A stretch of DNA of 64,000 nucleotides from Camelus dromedarius (Eukaryota), in NCBI RefSeq assembly GCF_036321535.1, contig NC_087436.1:90336001-90400000 (forward strand), written 5' to 3'. A program made the position numbers and the translations under genes. The notes beneath the pieces are model-generated. The model had not been told where the DNA came from, did no database searches, and saw nothing but the letters and a program-made list of their open reading frames with translations. Below, piece by piece: positions 51,126 through 64,000 of this stretch; position 1 is the first letter of the stretch, and each line of letters starts with the position of its first letter.

Positions 51126-52201
51126 TTTGCATTAGAAAGCGATTTTTTTTTAGAAACCTACCCTAATGAGATAATCAGACTGCAAAAAGATATATGCACG
51201 AGATGATTTATTCATAACACCACTTTTACAATAACATTATTTAGAAACCAAATAAGTATGCATCATAGAGATTGGTTAAATTAATGATAGTACAGTACAT
51301 GCATTATGATATTTTAAGCAGCCATTAAAATAATAATGCAGCTCATTCATGAACATGGAAAATGCCTGCAACCTGCCGTTGAATACCAATAAGTCATAAT
51401 TAAACAGAGATTGATACAAAGCATTAATCTCTCCCTCCCAAAACACAAGTTTAAAAAAAAGGTAATTGAATTATGTGTGACTGTGTGTGACTCTGTGCAT
51501 GTGCATCTTGAAAGGAAAAAAGAAAAAACAAGACAAAATAAATTTAAAAGAAAGAGAGAGAAGAAAGGCACAACAAACTGAACTAGTGATGACATCACAT
51601 GTTTGGTTGTATTATTGTATTTAACAGCATAGTAAAGGTTCTTGTTTGGTGAGAGTCAGTATCTTGGAGGAGGAAGCAATTTGAAACATTCTAATCCCTA
51701 GAGAGGCTTAGAATTTAACATTTCAAGAAAATTATTAATTTTGGAAAAAGTAGCAAAGGAAATATAGATAAATATATTATGTTAATTGATTCAGCTGTGA
51801 AAAATTTTATATGTTAATGATGTAATCAGGTGTTTTTAACATTTGTGTGCTGTAGACATCTGTGGCAGTCCGGTGGAACCTATGGACCCTTTCTCAGATT
51901 AATGTTTCCAAGGGTAGAAAATAAAATAGATAATGTTATAAAGTAAACTAGCTATATTTAAATATTATTCATGAATTATTAAATATATAATTCAGTTTTA
52001 TATGGGTTTCTCTATTCATTAAACAAATAAGATTTAGTATAGACTTAGTAACTAGTGATGAACATAGTGGATATTTCAAAATCTCTACAACAACTTGAAT
52101 GTGATTTTAAAAGTACACTGCTTTTTGTAATAAAAATCACAAATATTGCTAGGACCACTTGGTTTTTTGTCTACATTCCTATTTTAAGAATATGTTGAAT
52201 T

Positions 52202-55000
52202 TCACTAGAAGTGAAACAGAATCAGCAATTAAAAACCTCCATGCAAACAAAAGTCCAGGACAGATGGCTTCACTAGCAAATTCTCCCAAACATACAAAGA
52301 ACTCATACTGATCCTTCTCAAACATTTCTAAAAGATTTAAGAGGAGGGAACACTCCTAAACTCATCCTATGAAGCCACCACCACCCTGATACCAAAACCA
52401 GACAAAGACACTCCCAAAAAAGAAAATTACAGGCCAATATCACTGATGAACACAGATGTAAAAATCCTCAACAATATATTAGTACACAAAATCCAACAAC
52501 ACATAAAAAAGATTATACATCATGATCAAGTTAGATTCATCCCAGGGACACAAGGATGGTTCAATATACACAAATCAATCATTTTGATACACCACATCAA
52601 TAAGAGAAAGAACAAAAACCACATGATCATCTCAATAGAGGCAGAAAAAGCATCTGATAAAATTCGACATCAATTAATGATAAAAACTCTTTCTAAAGTG
52701 GTTATAGAAGGAATATATCTCAACATAACAAAAGCTATTTATGACAAACCTATGGCCAACATAATACTCAATGGTGAAAAGTTGAAAGCCTTCCCGCTAA
52801 AATCTGAAACAAGACAAGGATGCCCACAGTCACCTTCTATAAAACATAGTCTTGGAAGTCCTAACCACAGCAATCAGACAAGAAAAAGAAATAAAAGTGA
52901 TCTAAATTGGAAGAGAAGAGATAAAATTTAAAATTGTCACTATATGTGGATGACATGATACTATATATAAAGGCCTAAAGGCTACACACAAAAACTACTA
53001 GAGCTTATTAAAAAATTCGGCAAGGTAGCAGGATACAAGATTAACATATAGAAATCAGTTGCATTTCTTTACACTAACAGTGAAATATCGGAAAAGGGAA
53101 GTAAAGAAACAATCCCTATTAAAACTGCATCCAAAAAATAAAAATCTTGGGAATAAACGTATCTAAGGAAGCAAAAAACTTATACGTGCAGAACCATAAA
53201 ACATTGAGTAAAGAAATTAAAGATGACTTAAAGACATGGAAAAATATCCCATGCTCTTGGATTGGAAGAAATAATATTGTTAAAATGGCTACACTAACCA
53301 AAGCAATCTACAGATTTACTATGATCTCCACCAAATTACCCAGGACATTTTTCACAGAACTAGAAAAAAATAATCCTAAAATTAATATGGAATCCCAAGA
53401 GACCCAAATTGCCAAAGCAATACTGAAGAAAAAAAAGAATGAAGCTGGAGAAATAACCCTCCCAGAATTCAGACAATACTACAGAGCTACAGTAATTAAA
53501 ACAGCATAGTATGGACACAAAAACATATGGGTCAATGGAACAGAACAGAGAGCCCAGAAATAAACCCACAGACTTAAGGTCAGTTAATCTTTGACAAAGG
53601 AGGCAAGGACATACAATGGAGAAAAGACAGTCTCTTCAGCAAGTGGTGTTGGGAAAACTGAAGAGCCCATGTAAATCAATGAAATTAGAACACTCCCTCT
53701 CACTATACACAAAAATAAACTCAAAATGGCTTAAAGACTTATACATAAGATAAGACACTATAAACCTCCTAGAAGAAAACAAGCAAAACATTCTCTGACA
53801 TAAATCTTAGCAATGTTCTCCTATGACAGTCTACCTAAGCAATAGAAATATTAAAAGCAAAAATAAACAAATGGGACCTACTTAACTTAAAAGCTTTTGC
53901 CCAGCAAAGGAAACCATAAGCAAAACAAAAAGTCAACCTATGGAATAGAAGAATATTTTTGCAAATGATGCAACTGATAAAGGCTTAATTTCCAGAATAT
54001 ATAAACAGCTCATACACTTTAATAACAACAACAACAACAACAACAAAACAAAAGCAAAACGACAAGCAATCTGATCAAAAAAATGGGCAGAGACCTAAAG
54101 AAGCAATTCTCCAATGAAGACATATAAATGGCCAACAGCACATGAAAAAATGCTCAATATTGTTAATTATCAGAGAAATGCAAATTAAAACTACAATGAG
54201 GTATCACCTCACACCAGTCAGAATGGCCAATATTAAAAAGTCCACAAACAATAAATGCTGCAGAGGGTGTGGAGAAAAGGGAACCTTCCTATACTGTTGG
54301 TGGGAATGTAGTTTGATGCAGTCATTAAGGAAAATACCATGGAGATTCCTCAAAAAACTAAAAATAGACTTACCATATGATCCAGCAATCTCTTTCCTGG
54401 GCATATATCCAGAGGGAATGTAATTCAAAAAGGTACTTACATCCCATTGTTCACAGCAGCACTATTTACAATAGCCAAGACATGGAAACAAACTAAATGT
54501 CCACCAACAGATAATTAGACAAAGAAGTTGTGGTATATTTATACAGTGGAATACTACTCAGCCATAAAAAATAATAAAATAATGCCATTTGCAGCAACAT
54601 GTATGGATCTGGAGATCTTCCTTCTAAATGAAGCAAGCCAGAAAGGGAAAGAAAAACACATGGAATCTAAAAAGACACAAATAAACTTATTTATAAAACA
54701 GAAACAGACTTACAGACACAGAAAACAAACTTATGGTTACCGGGGGGAAAGAGTGTGGGAAGGGATAAATCGAGAGTTTGAGATTTGCAGATACTAACTA
54801 CTATACATAAAATAGATGAACAACAATTTTCAGCTGTATAGCACAGGCAACTGTATTCACTATCTTGTAGTAACCTATAATGAAAAAAGAATATGAAAAG
54901 GCATATATGTATGTAAATAAATGAATGACTGAAACATTATACTGTACACCAGAAATTGCACATTGTAAACACATGATACGTCAATAAAAGAAATGTTTGA
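52202..55000 (+). mobile_element. 5'-truncated relatively young L1 (ORF2 RT, Cys-rich C-terminus, 3' UTR), frameshifted
   Basis: ORFs 52446..52931, 53147..53509 and 54142..54423 are L1 ORF2 ([36 protein letters not shown]...[10 protein letters not shown]); YVDD at 52943; poly(A) signal at 54983. Confidence 0.95.
54021..54050 (+). repeat. (AAC)n microsatellite within the L1
   Basis: 'aacaacaacaacaacaacaacaa'. Confidence 0.9.
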
Positions 55001-56558
55001 AAAATGTGTATATTGCTTTTTATGATAAAAACACATATGCTGCTAGGACTACTTGATTTTGTCTATATCCCTATTTTAAGAAAATGCTCAATTTCAGTTA
55101 GAAATCAGTAGAAACGAAGACAGAAATATTTTCCTCATCTAAGTTCATAGATTTATTGAATTCAATTCATGGACGTCTTTGGACCCCAAGTTAAGTAAGT
55201 CTGAAACATTTATTAATAAGTTAAATAAATTGTAATTTCAACAAAAATATGATATATCTACAGAGGGAATATGGGGAGAATAGAAAGCAACTAAAATGGC
55301 TGAATGCAGATACCTCTGGGATGACAACTGGGAAATAGGAAAAAATGTGTCAAGCGACTTTGTTGTTTTTTTTTTCTAAATGATATATATCACCATTCAG
55401 TTTTAACTATTATATGTTTTACCTTATAATATATAAAAATATGTTGTTAAAAGTCATTGAATTGTATGAATAATTTTATTCCATTGCGTAAATTATATGC
55501 ATGTGTAGAAAGGTGTCTGCAAGGAAGATAATAAAGATGTTAGCAATGATTGATCTCTGGATGAAATTTCAGGTGGTTTTTGTATCTTTATGTTTTCCAC
55601 CCTATTTGAATTGCTTTATACTGATTCATATGAATATTGATAAATATGTACGCATTTTCATTTAGAACACAGAACACTGATCTATTGTAGCAAAACGTAA
55701 GAAATGGGTGGATGTGGCATCACACATGTGAGATTCAATGGGGAAAGTGCATTGAGAAGTTGGCATTTAAATATGTTTATAATAAGGCAATGTTATAAGT
55801 CAGTGTGTGTAACTTACTGAAAAAAAATGTATGATGCTTGCCATAAAAGAATATACAGGAGAATCTAAAATTTTTAAAAAGGAAATCTAATAAAAACTGA
55901 ATTGCTACAATACAGTAAAATTATTATACGTTTATTAATTTGACATTTAAATTATAAATTGTGTGAAACCGTAAGCATTTGACATAATTAACACTATCTT
56001 TGGTATAATCTTGACTGTCATTTAACATAATAAAAGAAAATACTGGCGCAGAAGATCCTTTTTTTTTTATTCTGTTATTCACTGTGAGAATACAGTGTTG
56101 ACATTATGAAGGCTATATTAAATTCTGTAACTATTAATCAAAACAGGTACTAACTGTACAGTATGTGCCAGGTGTGGTGTTAAAAGTGAGATTTTAAATA
56201 TATAAATATTTATATATATTTCTACCAACAGTGATCAAATATGTCTGCTAATAATAATGCATAATTAAAAATTGAGATGATAATTCTGAAGTAAAGAATA
56301 AAAGCACAATGAAAATACATAGTAAAGGGCCTGGTTTAGACGGGAGTATCAGAAAGACACTCTGGGGAAGTTACCGCTGAGCTGCATTATAAAGACTAAA
56401 TAGAAATTAGATGAGTGAAGAAAAAGGCAGGACATAAGTGTTACCCCTAAAAACGAAAAGGCCTATGCTCTTGGAAGGACTATTGCATAGTAAAAGATTA
56501 AACTGAAGATCCAAGGTCCTAGAGGCAGAAGTACACAAGGGAGAAGGGGAGAGTATTT

Positions 56559-57022
56559 TTGCTTTTTTTTTTCCTGGAAGTATAGTTGATTTACAATGTT
56601 TCAGGTTAACAGCAAAGTGATTCAGTATTCTTTTTCAGAATCTTTTCCATTATAGCTTATTACAAGATATTGAATATAGGTCCCTGTGCAATACAGTAGG
56701 TCCTTGTTATTTATCTATTTTATTTATAGTAATATGTATCTGTTAATCCCAAATTCTAATTTCATCCCTTCCCTGCCTTCCCCCTTTGGTAACCATAAAT
56801 TTGCTTTCTATCTCTGTCTGTTTCTGTTTTGTAAATAAGTTTAGCTGTATCATTTTTTTTTAGATTGCACGTAAAAGTGACATCACTTTTATGTGTAATT
56901 GTATATGACATTTGTTTTTCTCTGTCTGACTTCACCTAGTATGATAATCTCTAGGTCCATCCATGTTGCTGCAAATGACATTATTTCATTTTTTTTATGA
57001 CCAAGTACCTGAGTAATATTTC

Positions 57023-57053
<31 letters not shown>

Positions 57054-57325
57054 CACGTCTTTATCCATTCATCTGTCAATGGATATTTAAGTTGCCTCCA
57101 TGTCTTGGCTATTGTAGACAGTGCTGCTATGAACATTGGGGTGCATGTGTCTTTTCCAGTTAGAATTTTCTCTGGATATATGCCCAGGAGTGGGATTGCT
57201 GGATCATATGGACATTCTATTTTTAGTTTTTTAAGGAACGTCCATACTGTTTTGAATAGTGGCTGCACCAATTTACATTCCCATCAACAGTGTAGGAGGG
57301 TTCCCTTTTCTCAGCACTTTCTCCA
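56559..57325 (-). mobile_element. 5'-truncated cetartiodactyl-type L1 3' end with TSD
   Basis: Poly(T), 3' UTR and ORF2 C-terminus (ORF 56981..57271(-): [13 protein letters not shown]). TSD 'gagagtattt' (56549) and 'gagagtgttt' (57326), followed by AA (L1 endonuclease site). Confidence 0.93.
57027..57053 (+). repeat. (CA)n microsatellite
   Basis: Directly visible. Confidence 0.95.
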
Positions 57326-58210
57326 GAGAGTGTTTAAGTTAAAATGAGAAAGGCACAAAAGTCTCTAAAACTCCAGTATCTTGCAAGCTACATTAATGAA
57401 AGCACTGAATGGTTTAAAACGTGGGTATTGAGAGTTGAGCACAGTAAATTGATGACTTTTGTAATTTTAAAAATTACTCTGCACTATGAAAAACAAATGG
57501 ATCAAAACATGAGAACAGCCTTTTGTGCTAGAGAATAATCCATGGCAATTATTTATGATCAAAATGGGAAGAACACTTAGAAAAAAATTAAAAATTGATA
57601 ATTAAGCAAAGTGATAGACTCACATAAGGATTGTTTAATTATCTAAGGGGATGTACTTAGGTTGACTTTATATTTAGTGTTAAGAACTCAGAGTCAATAT
57701 AATTGCGAACTTGTAAATTTCTGTTCGGTAGAGAACATAACTCCAAAGTTTACAGTTTTATAGCCTTGTAATTGAATATAAACCAATGTTATTTCTAACT
57801 TTGAAGTAAATCTTCAAAAATGTCTTCTCCCGTGGATTCTACATACCTTATTTCTCCCTTATACTTCAAAATGTTCTTTGAACCAGATTTACCCTCTTAT
57901 TACTTCTCTCAGTAAATAATGAATTAAATAAAAATACTTGATATGTGTTCACTTTACAGTTTCATGAGATTCATATTTTTAAATTTTTGCAAAATTATAT
58001 TATGATAAACTGGTGTGGTGTCCTGGGAATGGAGAAAAGCAGACAGATACAAGAATAATTAAGAAGGTGAAATTAGGAATAACTAATGTTTTATTTGATA
58101 TGGGATTTCAAAGTGGAGGGCATGCCAACTATGATTCCTAGGTTTGTATTCATAGATAGATATGAATATCATTCAGTGGGTTAGGACCATTAGAAAATAG
58201 GAAAAAGTTA

Positions 58211-58668
58211 TTCAGAAAGAAAAATACTGCCTGTCATTTCAATAAAAAAACAATGTTGCCTGCCATCAAACCATCAGCCACTGCAGCTTTCCCTGACAGT
58301 GCACCCTGAGGGCATTCAAGATAAAAGAAAGTGAGATACTGGCCCTAGAGTTAAGCATCCTATCAAAGGAGTAACTTCAATGAGACCAGATTCTTACATT
58401 TTCCCATACTAAGAAAAGTGCTAAAATTATTAACTTGAGATATCTGTTTTTCTGTTTAGCACTAATCTTTTCATGTTCAACTACATGTTTTTGTTTTGTT
58501 TTGCTATCAGGAAAAACTCCTATATAGCCTCGCTCCTCCCTTATCTCTGTGGAACAGTTCCTCAGAGCTACCTGAGAAGCTATCTTCTGGGCTATAGTTC
58601 TCAGTAAGTTCCAGCTTGAGGTTGTACAGTTTTTGGTTTGTTTGTTTTTTTTTTTTTTTCAGTTGACA
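58211..58668 (+). mobile_element. ERV1-type solo LTR (laurasiatherian type)
   Basis: 'cagccactgcag...gtgcaccctgaggg...aaaaactcctatatagcctcgctcctccctta...ggaacagttcctcagagcta...ttcagttgaca'; flanked by 'gttatt' on both sides (58207, 58669). Confidence 0.85.
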
Positions 58669-61598
58669 GTTATTGGGAGGGGCATGAGAATGGGCAAAGA
58701 TGAAAGGTAAATGATTTTTTTCATGGAAATGTTGGAATTTGCGGTACATCTAAACACTCAAGTAAAGATTATAAATTTGCTATTCATAGTTGGAGCTAAG
58801 AAATTTGAGATGCAAATATAAATTTAGTAGTTATAAATATGTGTATCTTAACTGAAATTATGGATAAGACTCTTGGACAAAGGCTAAATCTAGAATATTT
58901 CAGGCATGACTTGGGTCTTTGAAGACATTCTGATTAAAAGTGAAAAAAGACACTGAACTAACTAAAGAAATGAAATTTTTTGGCTTAAGCTAAATAACCA
59001 GTAAAATACTTTTTTTTAGGTTTAGATTAATGCACAGAGTCACATAATATCACAAATCTATCTTTTTAGCTCTCACAAACTTTGAAGTTTTAATTTCAGG
59101 CAAGCATTATACATGTGTAATGAAGATGTCCTCGGTATTTCTGGTTTACGTGTGAAAAAAAGAAAAGTATCCTCTTTAAACAAAACCTTGCATTGGAAAA
59201 ATAACTGTAGCAGAAAGTACAGGCTATCACTTGACCACCCCAGTTGGTGGAGCAAACGTGACTTCCTGTTGATTGAAATCTCTATCAGATAAAAAATGAG
59301 ACATTCCTCAGAGAATAATTGGTTGTCTTTCCAAAAGATGACAGAAGGCATGTTGGGCAGGGAAAAGCAGACATCTACCACAGATTAATTTAGAATGTCA
59401 AATTCCATGGGATAATGTGTTTGGGGAAATAAAATGGAAGGAATTAGATAAGTAGGGATAGTAACAAACAAACAAACAAAAAAAAACACAAAAGACAAAA
59501 ATTCTGAGCAACTGCAAACAATAAAAACAATTATTTATAACAGATTGGTATAAAATTTTAATAAAGCTCTCAATCAATAATTTTACTGAACAAAAAGAAA
59601 ACTAACCTGTTATGTCCTAGGTGTATTATTTAAAAGGTAGTCTTAATGAATAAATATTTTCACTATTTTTAACAAACGTCAGAAACTACAATCAAGCTAA
59701 ATTATGACAGTGCAATACTAAAACAATCAATTATAAATTCTGGCTAAAAATTAGGTTACACTAACATTGTTAATCCTAGCATAATTGTGGACCAGATACT
59801 AAAACAAATAAAAATAGTGAATAAATATAATAACTGCTTTTTCAGTCTTGTTGAATTTAAGAGAAAGAAAACCTATAGATGCCAAAAATTAGAAGCAATT
59901 TTTGAACCAGAAACTGCCCAGGAGAGACGAGTCATTTGGCTCATGCAAAGACGTGGTGAAAGGAATAGAGACTGAGATCCCATACTTAGTGCAAAGACTC
60001 CCTTAAAATGCTACGTCTTTATCAGCTCACGGGCAAAGAGAGATGATGACAAGCTGTATTTTTCTTTTTTTTCTTTTTACAAAATTTCAGGTAGTGAAAT
60101 ACAAATAAACACCCAAACAAAAGACTATCATGTGAGGATTCAAAGCCACAGTCTTGTCTTCATGGCGATTTGACATACGCATTTACAAAACCTATGAAGT
60201 CTAGGAAATCTTAATCTGAAAAATTTAACTTTAAAAGGCTGTATTTGGGAGTCCCTGAGAAGAATAAAATAAGAGAATAGAGGAATTCATTGTCAATTTA
60301 GGGGCTTAGGATTCCTCAAGATCGTATTTACACAAGGAAATGCTTTGTAGCCGCTCCAGCTATCTCAGCTAATTATCCTCTAACTAAATTTCTCTACCAA
60401 TTTATATTATTATGTATAACCTTGATCATTTATGTATAATCAGAAAAAGCTAGGTATTTTTCCATTACATAGGACCACAAGTGAATAGTCTATAGGAAGG
60501 ACGTATTTTCCAGGTAGTCCCTCATAACCAAGGTATTCATAATACTCAAACACAGAGACATGGCTGTGTCCCATTTCCTGTCAGTTCAAATTTTCCTTCT
60601 TGTAAACTGTGTTTAAAGAAAAGTTCTGTCAATCTGTATACTCGAAAATGGCCTAAAGCAATACATTGCATTTCTTCTAACTCCAAATTTAGTCTTTATG
60701 ATGAATATAAAACATAATAGAGAAAGTTGTAATTCCTAGCTCAAGTGACAATAATTTTTTTAAAAGCAGCTCCAGGCTTATTTAATGAAAATTGGTATAT
60801 TATAACATTTAATTTAATACTCAACTATTGCAAATGCCTTAGTAGTAATTCAGGTGAAACTACACTCACTGCTCTTTTTTTAGCTCCAAATGATAGATAA
60901 GAAAAATAACATCATTCAAATTTGTAATAATAGTTGTAATTATAACAGCATGTTATTCTCTTACATGTGAACTGAAATAAAAGATTTATGTGACAATAGA
61001 AATGAAGCAGATTTATGACATTAGTTTTTCTGAATTAATTTCACTGTGAAATAATTTAAAAAGCCATATATTTTTTATTCAGCAAGTAATATTTTAATCT
61101 CTAATATGTGCCAGACATTGTGCTACTAAGCAGGAGATACTCCTCTGAGGTTAGTCATTACTTGTTTCTTGTCATTTCTTTCAGTAAGTATGAGATTCTG
61201 AAAAGTCACCCTGAGGTCATTTTATGTATTATTCCACACATTTTCAAGTGAGGGGACAATTAGGGGTTCATTATCATGCCTTAGCTCATATTCAAATATC
61301 AGTAGAAAAGTTGCAATTTGGAAAGCAAGTGCATGCTGCCTGGGTTGATATTAAAGAGAGATAATTTCATTTCTGTGCCATAATATGTGATGTAGTTTCA
61401 TGGCTTAGGAACTTTCACTATCTGTTACAAAGGCCAAAGTTAGTTGAATCATGAGGAGATTTTGGAGGACTTCATTAAAAAAAACATATTCATAATAGTC
61501 CTATAACATGTCACCTAAGAATATTCAAAATTATTGAGATAGAAAGTACAGTTGGAGAATATTAGATAAGTCTGAAATGTGGCTCTGACACTAGCTGG

Positions 61599-62110
61599 TT
61601 CCATTAGTTTCCAATTGCTGCAAAAAACTGCTACAAAATTAGTGGTTTAAAATAATATAAATGTATTTTCTCAAATTTCTGGAGACTCAAAGTAAAAAAT
61701 AGGTCTTACAGGGCTAAAATCAAGGTGACAGCAGAGCTGACTTCTGTTTGGAGGCTCTATCTGTTTCTTTGCCTTTTCCAGCCTCTAGAGGAAGCCTGTA
61801 TTCTTAGGCTTGTCGCCCTTTCCTTCATCTTTAAAGTGCCACATCACCAAATCTGTCCCTTTACCCAATTTCTCCTCTTCTGTCATAACATCATCCTCCT
61901 TCACAGAGCACCTTTCTTTGTCTGACCCCCCTGCTTCCATCTTATGAGAATCCTTGTGATTATACTAGGTCCACCCAGATAATTCAGGATTATCAGTCCC
62001 TCTCAGGATCTTTAGCTTTATCACATCCCTTGCCAAAAGACATTCACCTCTTTGCCCCATAAGGTAATATTTACAGATTCATGGGATTAGAATGTGAACA
62101 TCTTTGGAGC
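61599..62110 (-). mobile_element. MaLR LTR (MLT1C/D-like) inserted in a MIR
   Basis: 'attagtttccaattgctgc...gggctaaaatcaaggtgacagcag...ccttgtgattatactaggtccacccagataa...gggattagaatgtgaacatctttgg'. MIR halves lie at about 61560-61598 and 62112-62200. Confidence 0.88.
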
Positions 62111-62204
62111 TTGTGTGAACCTGGACAAGCAAATTTAACTTTTCATGATCTTAATTCCCTTATCACAAAAATGAAGGCATTAATAGCTCTGATGTTTTGA
62201 GCAT

Positions 62205-62670
62205 GTGACTAGGTATGACTAGAAGGGACTTCACCTCTGTTGTATTCTATCCAGTAATCCATAACATTTATTTAATGGTGTGAAAGCAGTCACAAAATCT
62301 CAAATGGGCAGCATTCTACAGGATACCTGCCTGGTACTCCTGAAGACTCCCACATTCACAAAAAGCAAGGTAACAATTGGAAACTCAGTGGAGACTGAGA
62401 AGATGTGATGAGTAATTACAATGCAGTGTCCTGGACTATTCCTAGAACAGAAATAAGACATCAAGGGAAAAAGCTACAAAAATCAAGATAAAATTTAGAA
62501 TGCAGAATGCAGTTAAAAGTAATACCACTAACGTCAGTTACTTAGTTTTAACTATGGTAGTGTAAGATGTTAACAATGTGGGAAACTGGGTAAAGAATAC
62601 ATGAAAATTCTCTGTACTATCTTTGGAACTTTCCTGCAATCTAAATTTATTCTAAAACAAAAAGTTAATG
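62205..62670 (+). mobile_element. L1MC/MD-type 3' UTR
   Basis: 'cattctacaggatacctgcctggtactcc...tcctagaacagaaataagacat...gggaaactgggtaaag...tctctgtactatctttggaactt'. Confidence 0.85.
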
Positions 62671-62929
62671 ACATTTTTTGAACAATGGTACATTCTAAAC
62701 AGCAAATTACAACACTAGATATAGAACTTTTCTTTTTATTGAAATAGTGTATCGTACAGCAGCTCAGCACAACTGTTTGAGAAAAGTAAGTCTGAAAATC
62801 TCGGAAATGGGCTAATTTTACCTTTGCAATTGGAGGATATATAGGTCAGCTGGACATAGAATGCTAGTTGGTAGTGATTTATTTTCAGCACTGTGCCCAA
62901 TCATTTTCAAAACTGAAATTCATTTTTTT

Positions 62930-63620
62930 ACCCCTTGTTTGTTCTCATTCCTACTACTTTTTAAATTTTCTTTTCTCTTTCTATGCCTCATTATTGTTCT
63001 GGATATTGTATTTTGCATTGAACATTTTATCTTATAACTATTACTAGTATAAATTGAAGCCTAGAATAATGGTATCTTTCTTCAGAGGATTTTTACTTGC
63101 AGCTATCAGGGTACTAGGGGCACAAGCATTCAGATCCATGACTGAGATATTTTCTGGCCAACCCAAAAGATTAAAAGCCAGAACTGTTTTCCTCTTTTTC
63201 AGGATGATCTTAGAGCATAGCATTTTGGGGTGAGGGGGCAATGAGTTTTTTGGGTACTATTGTTTGGCACCAAAACTAACTTTTATCTTTAAGGCCCAGT
63301 AGCCTTTTATTTTTAAGACCCAGTAAGACCTTTTATTTTTAGACTCAGTAGGCCTCTCAGAACTATAGATGAGTCTCTCATCCTTTGACGCACCATTTCC
63401 AGACTGGTACCCAGGTCAGGACAAAGAGGATCCTGAGAGCTCTCCTCTGGCTTTCCTGGCCCCAACTGAATCCAGGCCCTTTTTTCTTTTTTTCTCACCA
63501 TGTATGTAGGTCTTTTATCATTTGATTTGTTTGGTATTTTTTACCTTGTTTTATTGTTTTCAGTCAAGTGTCAATTCTAAAGTCTGCAGACTGTCACCAA
63601 ATCCTAGTTTTGCATGCAAA
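62930..63620 (-). mobile_element. Ancient L1 (L1ME-type) 5' region
   Basis: 'ctggatattgtattttg...tatctttcttcagaggatttttacttgc...cttttattttaagaccc'. Confidence 0.45.
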
Positions 63621-64000
63621 AATATTTCATTATTAAAACTATTGATAGAAAAGAAAGAAAGATATGTTCAAGTCATTAGGAGGCCAGTAAATCCTGACAC
63701 TCCAACTGGATAAAATCGGGACATGATAAAAAAAGGAGACAAATTTTACATATGAACATTAAAAAAATTCCCAATTCAAGCATTAACTAATTTAATTTAC
63801 AGTATTTTAAAAATATTTCATTGTAAATAAATGCAGAGCTTTCACCATCAGAACATTAAGTAATATAATTTCTACATCAATATATCTTCTAGGAATAATA
63901 TTTTAATAAATTAGCTAAAATTTCAAGGTGGGGGATGACAAACAAATTTTTGACTTCTTAGAAATTACTTTCCAAAAAATGTAACAATTATTCTTAAAAG

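Larger units (their letters stand above)
48990..51480 (+). mobile_element. Ancient L1 (L1ME-type) ORF2/3' region, host of several later insertions
   Basis: 'agcattcctattaatgtcaggaataaaac', 'taattaaaacagtgtgataccagca' and 'catcatagagattggttaaattaatgat'; a short upstream part lies at about 44960-45035. Confidence 0.65.
51827..55203 (+). mobile_element. hAT-Charlie DNA transposon (Charlie4a-like), split by an L1 into 51827-52205 and 55001-55203
   Basis: Left terminus 'caggtgtttttaac...ggcagtccggtggaacctatggaccctttctcaga'; right terminus 'ggaccccaagttaagtaagtctg'. Confidence 0.8.
56130..58960 (-). mobile_element. Fragmented L2 hosting later L1 and LTR insertions
   Basis: 'gtatgtgccaggtgtggtgtt', 'tcagaaagacactctggggaagt', 'ggaatggagaaaagcagacagat' and 'tatgattcctaggttt'. 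Confidence 0.6.

Noticed and set aside
52446..54797. Reverse-transcriptase ORFs as an active element or a novel RT system
   Set aside because: This is an ordinary 5'-truncated L1 with multiple stops and frameshifts, and no ORF1 or endonuclease.
1..64000. Short ORFs (60-130 aa) in the ORF track as host genes
   Set aside because: They are low-complexity F/L/I/K-rich translations with no recognisable domain or exon structure; many overlap repeats or are antisense to L1.

Overview
This is AT-rich, CpG-poor mammalian non-coding DNA (intergenic or deep intronic). I found no host protein-coding exon, RNA gene, CRISPR array or prokaryotic feature that I can support. Roughly half of the window is recognisable transposon relics: LINE-1 of several ages, L2, MIR, an ancient tRNA-derived SINE, ERV1-, ERVL- and MaLR-type LTRs, a 1.5 kb ERVL pol fossil and hAT/Tigger DNA transposons. 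The only ORFs in the track with recognisable protein similarity are broken L1 ORF1/ORF2 pieces. The young L1 3' ends and the absence of primate, rodent, ruminant, pig and carnivore SINEs suggest a cetartiodactyl, most likely a camelid (inference). All repeat family names come from recalled consensus sequences, not a database search, and boundaries are approximate. I did not find a new biological system. The best oddities are retrotransposition/repair scars: an L1 flanked by a ~100 bp duplication, two L1s that keep both ends but lost their middle (one with palindromic filler at the junction), an LTR inside an LTR with no visible TSD, and an orphan L1 5' end. A few speculative regulatory or splicing candidates are also listed.
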